63,528 nucleotides of DNA, filler included, from 6 parts of 6 records of this genome joined end to end with filler, not necessarily neighbours in it; one strand, 5' to 3'; numbered from the whole stretch's first letter, positions 31,777 to 41,099 are shown. The notes: generated by a model not told the origin, from the sequence alone. Numbers and translations are program-made.

Positions 31777-33225
31777 ATGCATAAGGATATTATTATTGTT
31801 GGCGCTGGTATATCAGGCATAGCAGCAGGGTATAACTTACAAAAAAGTTGCCCGGATAAATCATTTGCTATTCTTGAAGGCAGAGAAGCATTGGGTGGAA
31901 CTTGGGACCTATTTAAATATCCTGGTGTTCGCTCTGATTCTGACATGCATACGCTTGGATTTAGATTTAAACCTTGGATACACAAAAGATCAATAGCCGA
32001 TGGTCCATCCATACTCAATTATCTTAATGAGACAGTCGATGACTTCAACCTTAGAGATAAGATTTCTTATAACCAAAAAGTTATTTCGTCTAATTGGCAG
32101 TCAGATAAATCAATTTGGGAATTAACGGTTCAAGACAAGGGTCAAGAAGTTAGCATGACATGTAACTTCTTATTTTTATGCGGAGGCTATTACAGTTATA
32201 ACAAACCTTACATGCCAGATTTCCCAGGTCAGGAAGATTTCAACGGAAGGATTATCCATCCTCAGTTTTGGGATGAGTCACTAGATTATACGAATAAAAA
32301 AGTGGTCGTCATTGGAAGTGGTGCCACTGCCGTGACTCTGGTTCCAGCTATTGCTGAGACGGCAGAACAAGTCACCATGCTTCAGCGCTCACCAAGTTAT
32401 GTTGTCTCTGCCCCTGGAGAAGATTCTTGGAGCAATGCATTAAGTAAGATCTTTCCCATTAAATTGACATATTTCTTAATTCGATGGAAAAATATCTTGC
32501 GAACAAGCCTAGGGTTTTATTTGGCTCGCAAATATCCAGACAGAGTGAAAGAAAAGCTTATTAATCTTGTAAGCGAAGAATTGGGCGATAATTTTGATGT
32601 TGAAAAGCATTTCACGCCGTCCTATAAACCATGGGATCAACGCATGTGTCTTGTGCCTGATAGTGATCTTTTCACCTCAATCAAAGATGGTCGAGCAAAC
32701 GTTGTAACAGATACGATCGATCGCTTTACCCCAACAGGGATATTGCTTAACTCTGGCAATCAAGTTGAAGCAGATATTATTGTTTCTGCTACTGGCATTG
32801 AGCTTAATTCATTGTGTGATATCAACGTGTCTGTTGATGGAACAAAGGTAGAGGCTCATCGCAAACTTTCATACAAGGGAATGATGTTAAGTGGAGTTCC
32901 TAATCTTGCTTATTCTTTTGGCTATGTGAACGCTTCTTGGACACTCAGGGCGGATTTAACTTGCGAGTATGTCTGCAGGCTTATCAACAGAATGGACAAA
33001 GAAGGTTTTGCAGCATGTGCCCCCGAGGATGACCCAAAGGCTTTAGTTGAGGATGACTACATTGACTTCTCATCAGGTTATGTCCAAAGAGCATTGAATA
33101 TACTGCCCAAGCAGGGCAAGAAATCGCCATGGCGAAATTATCAAAATTACCTTTTAGATATATTTTATGTAAGGCTTTTTTCTATCAAGGATTCAACACT
33201 TCGCTTTTACAATCCTAAAAATTAA
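31777..33225 (+). CDS. flavin-containing (Baeyer-Villiger, EthA/AlmA-like) monooxygenase
   Basis: GAGISG, GGTWDLFKYPGVRSDSDM, F.G..IHPQFW and VIGSGATAVT motifs. Confidence 0.93.
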   Translation: MHKDIIIVGAGISGIAAGYNLQKSCPDKSFAILEGREALGGTWDLFKYPGVRSDSDMHTLGFRFKPWIHKRSIADGPSILNYLNETVDDFNLRDKISYNQKVISSNWQSDKSIWELTVQDKGQEVSMTCNFLFLCGGYYSYNKPYMPDFPGQEDFNGRIIHPQFWDESLDYTNKKVVVIGSGATAVTLVPAIAETAEQVTMLQRSPSYVVSAPGEDSWSNALSKIFPIKLTYFLIRWKNILRTSLGFYLARKYPDRVKEKLINLVSEELGDNFDVEKHFTPSYKPWDQRMCLVPDSDLFTSIKDGRANVVTDTIDRFTPTGILLNSGNQVEADIIVSATGIELNSLCDINVSVDGTKVEAHRKLSYKGMMLSGVPNLAYSFGYVNASWTLRADLTCEYVCRLINRMDKEGFAACAPEDDPKALVEDDYIDFSSGYVQRALNILPKQGKKSPWRNYQNYLLDIFYVRLFSIKDSTLRFYNPKN

Positions 33226-33240
33226 AACAACGTTCAAGTT

Positions 33241-33495
33241 TTGAAAATCAGATACCTTATTCCATTAACCCTATGGACACTTGGTCTTATCAATCTATTT
33301 CAGCCGTTTGATGGCTTCTTGTTTTATTTCTCAACGTTTATTTTCTGGCTTCTATTAATCTCACATTTGATTGAATGCATTATTCTTAGAAAAAGAATCT
33401 TAAGCTCAACAGATACTCCTGCTAAAGCATTTGCTATGACTTTCTTGTTTGGAGTTATTTATCTTGTTTCAATTGAAGCAAAGACACAAGAGTAG
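33241..33495 (+). CDS. small membrane protein (DUF1145/YhhL-like)
   Basis: LINLFQPF, H.IEC and FLFG patterns; hydrophobic 84 aa. Confidence 0.6.
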   Translation: MKIRYLIPLTLWTLGLINLFQPFDGFLFYFSTFIFWLLLISHLIECIILRKRILSSTDTPAKAFAMTFLFGVIYLVSIEAKTQE

Positions 33496-33561
33496 AGGGG
33501 TTGAAATTTCTATTTATTCTGAGATTATGGGTAAATTAAACTCGTTTTGTAAGGAGAGATT

Positions 33562-33752
33562 ATGATAAAAAAAGAATCCTTTTTTTTAGTATTTGTTGCT
33601 ATTGGTGTATTTTTTGCTTCTTTGGGATACGGATTTTTACCAAGCCTAACAATGCCTTTTTTGTATGGCATAGAAGCAACCAATACAAATTTATTAAATA
33701 TTTTAAGAGCAATTTCGGGTTTATATATAGCCTTAGTAACTTTTTGGATATT
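33562..33752 (+). CDS. membrane protein (DUF4345-like), truncated by the contig end
   Basis: SD AAGGAG; LGYG..P...P.LYG...N.LRAISGLY pattern. Confidence 0.6.
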
Positions 33753-33852
33753 NNNNNNNNNNNNNNNNNNNNNNNNNNNNNNNNNNNNNNNNNNNNTTAA
33801 TTAATTAANNNNNNNNNNNNNNNNNNNNNNNNNNNNNNNNNNNNNNNNNNNN
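33753..33852. other. artificial contig linker
   Basis: N44-TTAATTAATTAA-N44; GC content rises sharply after it. Confidence 0.98.
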
Positions 33853-33974
33853 ACCCGGCCATATCCGAGCGGGATTGAAGCGTTTTGGATGGATAACATC
33901 CCTCCGTTATTGACGAGGCGAACGAAACAAACAAGAAATTGGGACGTCCGCAGGAAAGAAGGCCGGAGAAGAAA

Positions 33975-35321
33975 ATGAGTTTGGGTGGCAACGTTCGTGC
34001 GAGGCTCGCGCCGATTGTGCCCTTCGCCGCGGGCGTGGCGGGCGGTGTGCTTGGCATGTACATGTACCAGGCGGTGCCGCTCGCGCTCCCATCCGACCAG
34101 CACCCTGCGCTCAGGTTCGGCGTCCCACGGACGAGCAGCACCAGATTCTTCAGCAACTTTGTCTCGGAGGTGGACTACAGCACGCGGAATCCCAAGTGGG
34201 TGCTCGAGCACCTGGACGAGGCACAGACTTCATCCAGAGCGGCGAGCAGGAAGAGCGCACGGTACTACGAGGACGAGGAGATCGACCCGCGCTTCCGCTC
34301 CCGCCTCTCGCAGTACGTGGTTTGGATTTGGTTGAGACCCGTGGGCTGTGACGAGCTGTATCCAAAATCCTTTTCTCGAATCTGAGAGCACTCGTGAACG
34401 ATACGCGTACATTTACATCCGAGCCCACCTGGCAATCCTCGGCCCTCGCTCGCTGCGCTTGCTGAAACACGACCACCGCTCGTTCGCTCGTTCGCTCGTT
34501 CGCCTTTTCCCTCTTTCGCTCGTTCGCTCTTCTTTCGCTCGCAGATACAGACAGTCGGGGTTCGATAGGGGGCACATGAGCCCGGGTGCGCATTTTTTGA
34601 ACGCGGTTGCAGGCGGGGGTCTCCAAGTAAGGTGGCCAGAGTCTCCGACGCCAATTGACTCACTCGATACCCTAATGGCGCGACTGCAGCTATGAACAAC
34701 AAAAACAGCGACAAAGCGATGTCAGAGAGCTTCGTTCTCAGCAACGTCGCACCCCAGGTGGGTGCCGGCTTCAATCGTGACTACTGGGCTCGATTCGAGC
34801 GCTTCATCAACGACACAGTGGTCCCGGCGTGCAGGGACGTGTACGTCGTGACGGGGCCCCTGTACTTGGAGGCATCCGACACGAGCGTACGCGTTGGCGC
34901 GTCGCTGCTACCCTTCGAGGAGCGGGGCGAGAATGGCACGGCCGCAATCACCGTTGCCAGCACGGCGACCTCCACGAGCACGGTCAAAGTGCCGACGCAC
35001 TTCTACAAGGTTGTGCTCGGCGAGCTCAAGGACGATGCACGAAAATCCAACGGTTCAGACTTCGTCTTGGGGGCGTTTGTGCTGCCCAACGCGCAGATCA
35101 ACCCCAAGAAGCCGCTCTCCTCGTTCCAGGTCCCGCTCGCACAGCTCGAGCTCGTCGCGGGCATCGAGTTTTTTCCCAAGCTGTCTTCGACTCAATCAAA
35201 CGGCCTTCAACTCACTCAAGCGGACATATGCGGCCTGAACGCCTGTGCGCTCCCGCCCGAGCAGTTTTGGCTGCCTGCACACGAACGGAGCGGGGCGACG
35301 TCAGAGGCGGCCAGGAAGTGA
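33975..35321 (+). CDS. endonuclease G (DNA/RNA non-specific nuclease); 3 exons: 33975-34312, 34545-34585, 34690-35321
   Basis: GT-AG introns 34313-34544 (GTACGT...GCAG) and 34586-34689 (GTGCGC...CTAAT...GCAG) give a 1011-nt frame that rebuilds YRQSGFDRGHMSPAMNNK...SESFVLSNVAPQ...FNRDYW...VPTHFYKV. Confidence 0.88.
34341..34428 (+). ncRNA. candidate intronic C/D-box snoRNA with an LSU rRNA guide
   Basis: Terminal stem GTGGGC/GCCCAC; box C-like GTGACGA (34348-34354); D' CTGA (34382-34385); C'-like GTGAACG; D-like CCGA (34419-34422). AATCCTTTTCTCGAA before D' is complementary to conserved LSU rRNA UUCGGGAAAAGGAUU with one G-U pair. Confidence 0.7.
34477..34503 (+). repeat. short tandem repeat (CGCTCGTT)x3 in the pyrimidine-rich part of EndoG intron 1
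   Basis: CGCTCGTTCGCTCGTTCGCTCGTTCGC read directly. Confidence 0.75.
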
Positions 35322-35506
35322 GCGATGGCGATCGAGCACGCGTCCCTTCGAGGCAAAAGGCAGGAACCGAATCGTCCATTACCCACCTAGTGCCTCTGTG
35401 CCCGGGGACCTAAGTATGCCATCTGGCATCCGTCCCGGGACGAGTCGGATTTCGATTCTGAGGCCGGTTTTGGACTCCTTTTGGCGTGTAGGTTGCGAAT
35501 ATGGGC

Positions 35507-35511
35507 AAAAA
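35507..35511 (-). terminator. RNA polymerase III oligo-T terminator of the permuted tRNA gene
   Basis: Minus-strand trailer GATTAGCTA-TTTTT directly follows the 5' half. Confidence 0.65.
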
Positions 35512-35520
35512 TAGCTAATC

Positions 35521-35598
35521 CCCAAAGCGAAAATCATACCACTAGACCACACTCCCGTGCGAGGGGAGAACCGAGAATCGAACTCGGGACCTTTCGCA
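35521..35598 (-). tRNA. circularly permuted tRNA-Pro(TGG): 3' half 35598-35563, 6-nt spacer, 5' half 35556-35521
   Basis: Minus strand: TGCGAAAGGTCCCGAGTTCGATTCTCGGTTCTCCCC-tcgcac-GGGAGTGTGGTCTAGTGGTATGATTTTCGCTTTGGG. Swapping the halves gives a 72-nt cloverleaf: anticodon stem TTCGC/GCGAA, loop TT-TGG-G|T, T-arm CCGAG-TTCGATT-CTCGG. A T5 run follows 9 nt downstream. Confidence 0.88.
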
Positions 35599-35745
35599 TT
35601 TTCGGTATTGGTTTTCGGCGAAACCACGGCACAGATCCCGTCCAGCGACAATACGAGACTCAAACGATTCAAACCGGCTCATCCGCGATAAGGAATTGAA
35701 ACGTTCAATCATCAATCGACAGAAAAAAAGCCATTACATCATAGC

Positions 35746-37880
35746 ATGGATGCGTCACTACTTGGGGTCAACAATGGGCCTCTCCCGTACCGTCCGGACC
35801 TCGGTCAGGGCAACTTGGTCGGTGGAACCAGCCCGACCGGGATGATGACGCAGTTTGCCGACCCTGAGGACTTGGATCGTTTGTATCGCTCGATGGGCGT
35901 GCCGGGGATACGTCCGAACGACCTAGGCGGCCCGTGGGACTTGCGATGCATGTTTCCCATATCGTCGTCTGCCGACGTGCCCGACCCATCCTCCACGTAC
36001 GAGGAGATCAGGGACGACCCCCGCTGGAACTGGAACGCTTCGGACGCCGTGTTTGCCTCGATTCTAGAGGGCGGCTTTGCACCATATCTGAAAATTGCCT
36101 CCAGGGAATGGATTTCCGGCGTCCAGCAGGGCTTCTCGTACGTGAGCGAGGGAGGAGCCCCGGTGTACGTCGTCGAGCAGCAGAATCTGCCGGATTTTTG
36201 CTCCAACTGGCCGTCTATCAGCCCGGTCATCGAGACGATCGGGGACAAGCTCGCGCTGGCCATCGTGGAGAGGTACAACAACGCGAGCATGTGGCGCGAG
36301 AGTTTGACCAAGGGCGGGATCTCGCCGCCTGGAGCACCGTTGGAAAGCGCAACGTGGAGGGGAGTGACAAACGCGACGGTGGGCGTGGAGCTCCAGAATG
36401 AGTACAATGGATTGACGTGCTTAAAAACCGGTAGCGGGGACACCACCACATTGGAGGGATGGAGACAGAACTGTGGCGGTGACCCATACGTGTATGGCTG
36501 GAAATATTGGGACGGAACGCCGCGGGCCGCACATAAATCTTTTGTGGCGCAGGCCTCCGCAATCAAGCGTCGCTTCCCTGGCGTCATGGTCGGCGGGCCT
36601 GCGGCCGGCACCGGCCCGGGCTTTGGTTTTCCCGATGCCGCCGGCGGGGCTGCCCTGAATTGGATACGCAAATTTTTGGGAACAGTGAGAGAAGCCTCTC
36701 TCGAGACTGACCTGAAGCTTATGGACTGGTTTTCGTGGCACGCGTACACGAGCTGCGTTACCGGCGTTTGCAACAACGCGACGACCGACTGCAGGTACGA
36801 CTTTGTCAGAGACCCGGTCGCGCCCGGACTCACACAAATCCTACAAATCGCACGACTGACCCCCCTCTCTGCTTTCCGCTCAGCGCCGGCAACCCGAGAT
36901 CCATGACGGGCATTGCCACCGAGATGCGGGCGCTATTGGACTCCGAGGGCTTTCGGGAAACGCCCATGGTCATATCTGAGCACAACGCGCCATTCGCCGT
37001 CAACGGAGGGAACAGCTATCCAGGCAACATGATGGGGGCGGCGATGACGGCGGCAAACATCGTCGGCTTGGCGCTCGCAAAAGACGACCTCAGGATCGCC
37101 GGCGCGTACATTGTCAACGGCGTCGACGGGCCGTTCATCCCGTACAACCAGAATAGTTTTCCGCTGTTTTGCACCCCCGAATGGCGACGGGGACCGTCAA
37201 ATACGACGGCAAATCCTTCAGAGTTGATATTTTCTGGCCGCCTTGTCGACAACTGCACGAGGGAGGGACTTAACATCAACGCCGCGAACGGCATGGGTCT
37301 CCTGTACAGTAATGGTGACAAGAAGCCGGCAGCCCTGGTGTACGAGATCCTCTCGCAGTTCAAACGGATCAGGCCGCTGTCCAGACCGCCCGCGGCGTCA
37401 GATCTGCCGACGAGTGTGGTGGGCTTCGTGGCCGACGATGCTGACGATGCCGAAGTTGACACTGACATTGCTCGCGATAAAGACGCTCAAGACTCGGGTG
37501 CGAAGGGATGCGGCAGGGTCATGCTCGTCAACGCCGACCCCTTCAACTCCTCGCCCGCCCTTCCGCCGCTCTCGGCGCTGGTGGGATCGCGCGGCAGACC
37601 CGTCGACGAATCCATCGTGCGAGTCAAGTTCATCGAACAGCACGTCAGATCCATGCCGAGCGCCGTGTTGCCAAACAACATTTGTGCTGCCGGGACGGTC
37701 CAAGTCGTCGGGCGAATGGCCGAGGCCGGTGTAGCAGAATCCGGCTACATGCTGGCCAGCGGGGAGCTGATACTCCCTCCCGCTGGGGTCGCCGTGTTCT
37801 CCGGGGTCTGCACCAGCGATGCCGGCACCCCCCGCGTCACCACCATGATCTTCGCGGGCATGTTTCTCCTGATGACGTGA
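35746..37880 (+). CDS. clan GH-A glycoside hydrolase (GH39-like); 2 exons: 35746-36794, 36884-37880
   Basis: Intron 36795-36883 (GTACGA...CTGAC...CAG) joins two track ORFs into a 2046-nt frame. ELQNEY (acid/base), VGGPA, DWFSWHAY, VISEHN (nucleophile) and GLL....KKPA motifs. Confidence 0.7.
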
Positions 37881-37925
37881 AGTCCCTGATTCGGAGAAGT
37901 TTTCCCATGTAAATACGCTTCACCC

Positions 37926-39827
37926 ATGGACGCTCCGGATCCAACGCCGTACGCGGTCCTCCTCCAGCTGGCGTCCTTGCAGTCGTCGCCGGTGGCCAAG
38001 ATCAAATGCCTGTACGCAGCTCGGAATTCGCGCGACACGAGCCCACACATGCGGGCCTATGCATCGTATTGCGCCGCCCAGATCATCATAAACGACTATT
38101 CTACGTCGGAAACCGCCCTGAAGGAGGCTAAAACCCTGCTCCTCAGCGCGGAGCGCGACCTCAAATCGAGCAAGCACATTTCAAACTCCGCGAGCTACCT
38201 GGCCACGCTGTCGCTCCTGGGCGAGTGCCACATACTCCTCGGCGACGACGCGTCAGCAGCGGCCGTTTTCCAGACAGGAGTCCGGGCCGCTGCCTCCAGT
38301 GGATCTTCAGCGGCCCCGACATCGCCGTCTCCGGCGTCCGCGGCAGACCATTCGGTCCGGTGGCAGGCCCACTTTCTGCTCTTCCTCGCACGGGCCGAGA
38401 GCGATCAACAGAACGGTCAAAAGAAAGTCGAAGAGCATCTGAAGGCCGTCGAGGCCCTCAATATCGACGATCCGGTGTACCGGACGGTCCTCGCGCTCTC
38501 CCAGGCCGTCAGCGCGATGCAGCGGGGGGACACGAGCCTCGCCGACCAGTATCTGACAAGGACGGCGACCGAACTCGTCGGCGCCCTGCGGCGGTCAAAC
38601 TCGTCCTCTACTGCCTCTGCCGGCTCCAGCTGGGCGTCTCAGTCGACGCCGAAGCACTTCATCGAGAGCCTCAGGGCGCACTACTACCTGCTTTACGCCC
38701 TTAACGCCCATATGGGCGGGCTTACAGCGCACCTGGCCTCCGAGGGGACGTACCCGGCATATGAAGAGTTTTTCAAGGCCGTCGAACGACTCGACAAACT
38801 CGCAGAGGACGGGGAGCCGGAAAGCCTGCTCTTGCCCCTAGACGACGTCGACCTCAGAACATGCGGCGAGGTTATGTACGATAACGTCCTGCGCATGGGC
38901 GGCGACGGCGGGAGCAGCATCAGCAGCATCAACACCGGCACCGAAGGCGGCAGCGGCAGTCTGCTAAAAGCGAACGCGAGGGGGAATAGTGCCGCGCGGA
39001 TGGACCTAGATAACAACAACAACAACAAGAACAGCAACAATATAATCAGCAGTCGATGCGTGCAGTACTTGGAGTATGAGGCCATGCGGGCCCTCACCGT
39101 GTGCGATTTCCATGCGGCGGCCAAGACCCTCCTGGAGGCTGTCCAAGAGGACAGTCGCGCCGGGGACGGGGGGGCGAGATCGAAATCGCTCCCGCTACTC
39201 CTCGGACAATATCTACATAGCACGCGGGAATACGACGCCGCACTGGCCCTGCTGGACGACTTGTGGTCCACGTCCAAGAAGGGGGGCGACCCTCGGGCGG
39301 CCCCCCGCGCAGCGCTCGTTGAGCTCGAGCGGAACGATATAAACGGCGCCGCAGCGAGGATGGCGGCGCTCAAGAATGCCGTGGACGTCGATGCGCTCCC
39401 TGCCCACGAGCGGGCGATCGTCCAGATGGTCGGCGGGCTCATCCTCCTGCGGCAGGACGACTGCACGGGCGCCCGCCTCCTGCTGACCAAGGCCCTCAAA
39501 CAGGCACACGGTATGGTGGGCAGTGGGCAGTTTGTCGGACAGATTCTCAACTGCCTGGCCCCAGTCCAGCAGATGCGCCAAGACCACTCGGGCGCCTTGC
39601 AGATGCTCGAGTCGGCGGCGACCCTGCTCAAGTCAGCAAAGGACCTCATGTCCCTGGTGACGACCCTCGTCGCCATGGAGAAGCTGTATATTGCCATGAA
39701 ACAGGACGACAAGGCGGCGTCCTGCAGGCAGTACCTCGAGAAGAAGAACGCCGAGCTCTCCAAGCGCCTTCAATCGGTCCACAGCTCTGGCGCCCACAAG
39801 GAACTCGTCCGGCGCATTGCCTTTTAA
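37926..39827 (+). CDS. TPR-rich protein, probable cohesin loader subunit MAU2/SCC4
   Basis: N-terminal YAVLLQLA...IKCL.A and C-terminal A..LLTKALK.AH...G..Q.V.Q.L helical repeats resemble plant SCC4. Recognised from memory, not searched. Confidence 0.6.
   Translation: MDAPDPTPYAVLLQLASLQSSPVAKIKCLYAARNSRDTSPHMRAYASYCAAQIIINDYSTSETALKEAKTLLLSAERDLKSSKHISNSASYLATLSLLGECHILLGDDASAAAVFQTGVRAAASSGSSAAPTSPSPASAADHSVRWQAHFLLFLARAESDQQNGQKKVEEHLKAVEALNIDDPVYRTVLALSQAVSAMQRGDTSLADQYLTRTATELVGALRRSNSSSTASAGSSWASQSTPKHFIESLRAHYYLLYALNAHMGGLTAHLASEGTYPAYEEFFKAVERLDKLAEDGEPESLLLPLDDVDLRTCGEVMYDNVLRMGGDGGSSISSINTGTEGGSGSLLKANARGNSAARMDLDNNNNNKNSNNIISSRCVQYLEYEAMRALTVCDFHAAAKTLLEAVQEDSRAGDGGARSKSLPLLLGQYLHSTREYDAALALLDDLWSTSKKGGDPRAAPRAALVELERNDINGAAARMAALKNAVDVDALPAHERAIVQMVGGLILLRQDDCTGARLLLTKALKQAHGMVGSGQFVGQILNCLAPVQQMRQDHSGALQMLESAATLLKSAKDLMSLVTTLVAMEKLYIAMKQDDKAASCRQYLEKKNAELSKRLQSVHSSGAHKELVRRIAF
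39012..39041 (+). repeat. (AAC)n coding microsatellite giving an Asn-rich tract
   Basis: AACAACAACAACAACAAGAACAGCAACAAT encodes NNNNNKNSNN. Confidence 0.75.
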
Positions 39828-39914
39828 GCTTTGTCATTTAAGCCAATCCTGCACGCAACTACGCGTCGTATTGGAGGTGAACTCGACGGTCTACAGCCGT
39901 ATAACGCCCGCCCG

Positions 39915-41099
39915 ATGGCCGTCCCGCGCTGCTTTTTGGCCAATCCGCAAGCCAAGTTGACTCGCGGGCCTGCTCGCCCGGCCGGTCGAACAATGGCCAC
40001 TCCACCCGCGGCAAACACGTACATTAGAGAGCATTTGCTGCGGTTGGCGCCGTACACGCCCATCGTCCCCTTCGAGATACTCGCGAAGGAACTGAATCGG
40101 ACGCCGGAGCAAATCGTCAAGCTCGACGCGAACGAGAACCCGTACGGGCCGCCCCCCGAGGTCCTCAAGGCGCTGGGATCGATGAAATTCCCGAATATAT
40201 ACCCTGATCCCGAGTCAAGGACGCTGCGAAGCGCCCTGAGCGCGTGGACGGGCGTCCCGGCCGAGCACCTGCTGGTCGGGTGCGGTGCCGACGAGCTCAT
40301 AGACCTGCTCATGCGGTGTGTCCTGGAGCCCGGCGACACAATTGTCGACTGTCCGCCTACCTTCACCATGTACAAGTTTGACGCGGCCGTCAACGCAGCT
40401 GGCGTGGTGACCGTGCCGCGGCTCGCTGGCTTCAAGCTGGACGTCCCGGGGATCAAGCGGGCGGTCGAGGAGCACCGGCCCAAGATCTTGTTTCTGACGT
40501 CGCCGAACAACCCGGACGGTGGAATGATCAGCGAGTCCGAGCTTGTGGAGCTTTTGGAGCTGCCAGTGCTGGTGGTCCTGGATGAGGCGTACATTGAGTT
40601 TTCTGAGGAGGAGTCGAGGATGAACTGGGTGCAAAATAGAGATAATCTGGTGGTCCTGCGCACATTCAGTAAGTGCGCTGCGCTGGCCGGACTGCGGGTG
40701 GGCTACGGTGCGTTCCCTTCGAACATGATCGACTACCTATGGCGGGCCAAGCAGCCGTACAATGTGAGCGTGGCCGCCGAGGTGGCCGCCGTCGCGGCGT
40801 TGTCCAACGTGGACTACATTGATACCGTGAGGAACGCCCTCGTCAGCGAGCGGGAAGTCCTCTTCGCGGCACTCAGGGACGAGGTGCCCTACCTGGAGCC
40901 GTACCCGTCCTCGTCCAACTTTGTCCTCTGCAAGGTGACCGGCGGGCGATCCGCAGGTCAGCTGAGAAAGGACCTCGCGCAGCAGTACGGTGTCATGATC
41001 AGACACTACTCGACCAAGGAGTTGGACGACTACGTGCGGATCAGCGTGGGGACGCCCGACCAAACCAAGGTGCTTCTGGACGCGCTCCGCCAAATGTAA
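39915..41099 (+). CDS. hisC: histidinol-phosphate aminotransferase, probably plastid-targeted
   Basis: KLDANENPYGP, YPDP, GADELI, SPNNPDG, LDEAYIEF and RTFSK.AALAGLRVGY motifs. First ATG in frame is 39915, followed by an Arg/Ala/Pro-rich leader. Confidence 0.92.
   Translation: MAVPRCFLANPQAKLTRGPARPAGRTMATPPAANTYIREHLLRLAPYTPIVPFEILAKELNRTPEQIVKLDANENPYGPPPEVLKALGSMKFPNIYPDPESRTLRSALSAWTGVPAEHLLVGCGADELIDLLMRCVLEPGDTIVDCPPTFTMYKFDAAVNAAGVVTVPRLAGFKLDVPGIKRAVEEHRPKILFLTSPNNPDGGMISESELVELLELPVLVVLDEAYIEFSEEESRMNWVQNRDNLVVLRTFSKCAALAGLRVGYGAFPSNMIDYLWRAKQPYNVSVAAEVAAVAALSNVDYIDTVRNALVSEREVLFAALRDEVPYLEPYPSSSNFVLCKVTGGRSAGQLRKDLAQQYGVMIRHYSTKELDDYVRISVGTPDQTKVLLDALRQM

Noticed and set aside
35444-35462. 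TCGGATTTCGATTCTGA as a second tRNA T-arm or B box
   Set aside because: Lacks the GTTC consensus and no cloverleaf can be built around it.
35521-35598. Two fragments of an ordinary tandem tRNA-Pro array
   Set aside because: The flanks do not continue as tRNA on either side; the halves break exactly at 37/38 and complement each other, which fits permutation better.
36735-36906. Apparent frameshift or pseudogene between two overlapping GH ORFs
   Set aside because: Explained by a GT-AG intron at 36795-36883 with a CTGAC branch site that restores the frame.
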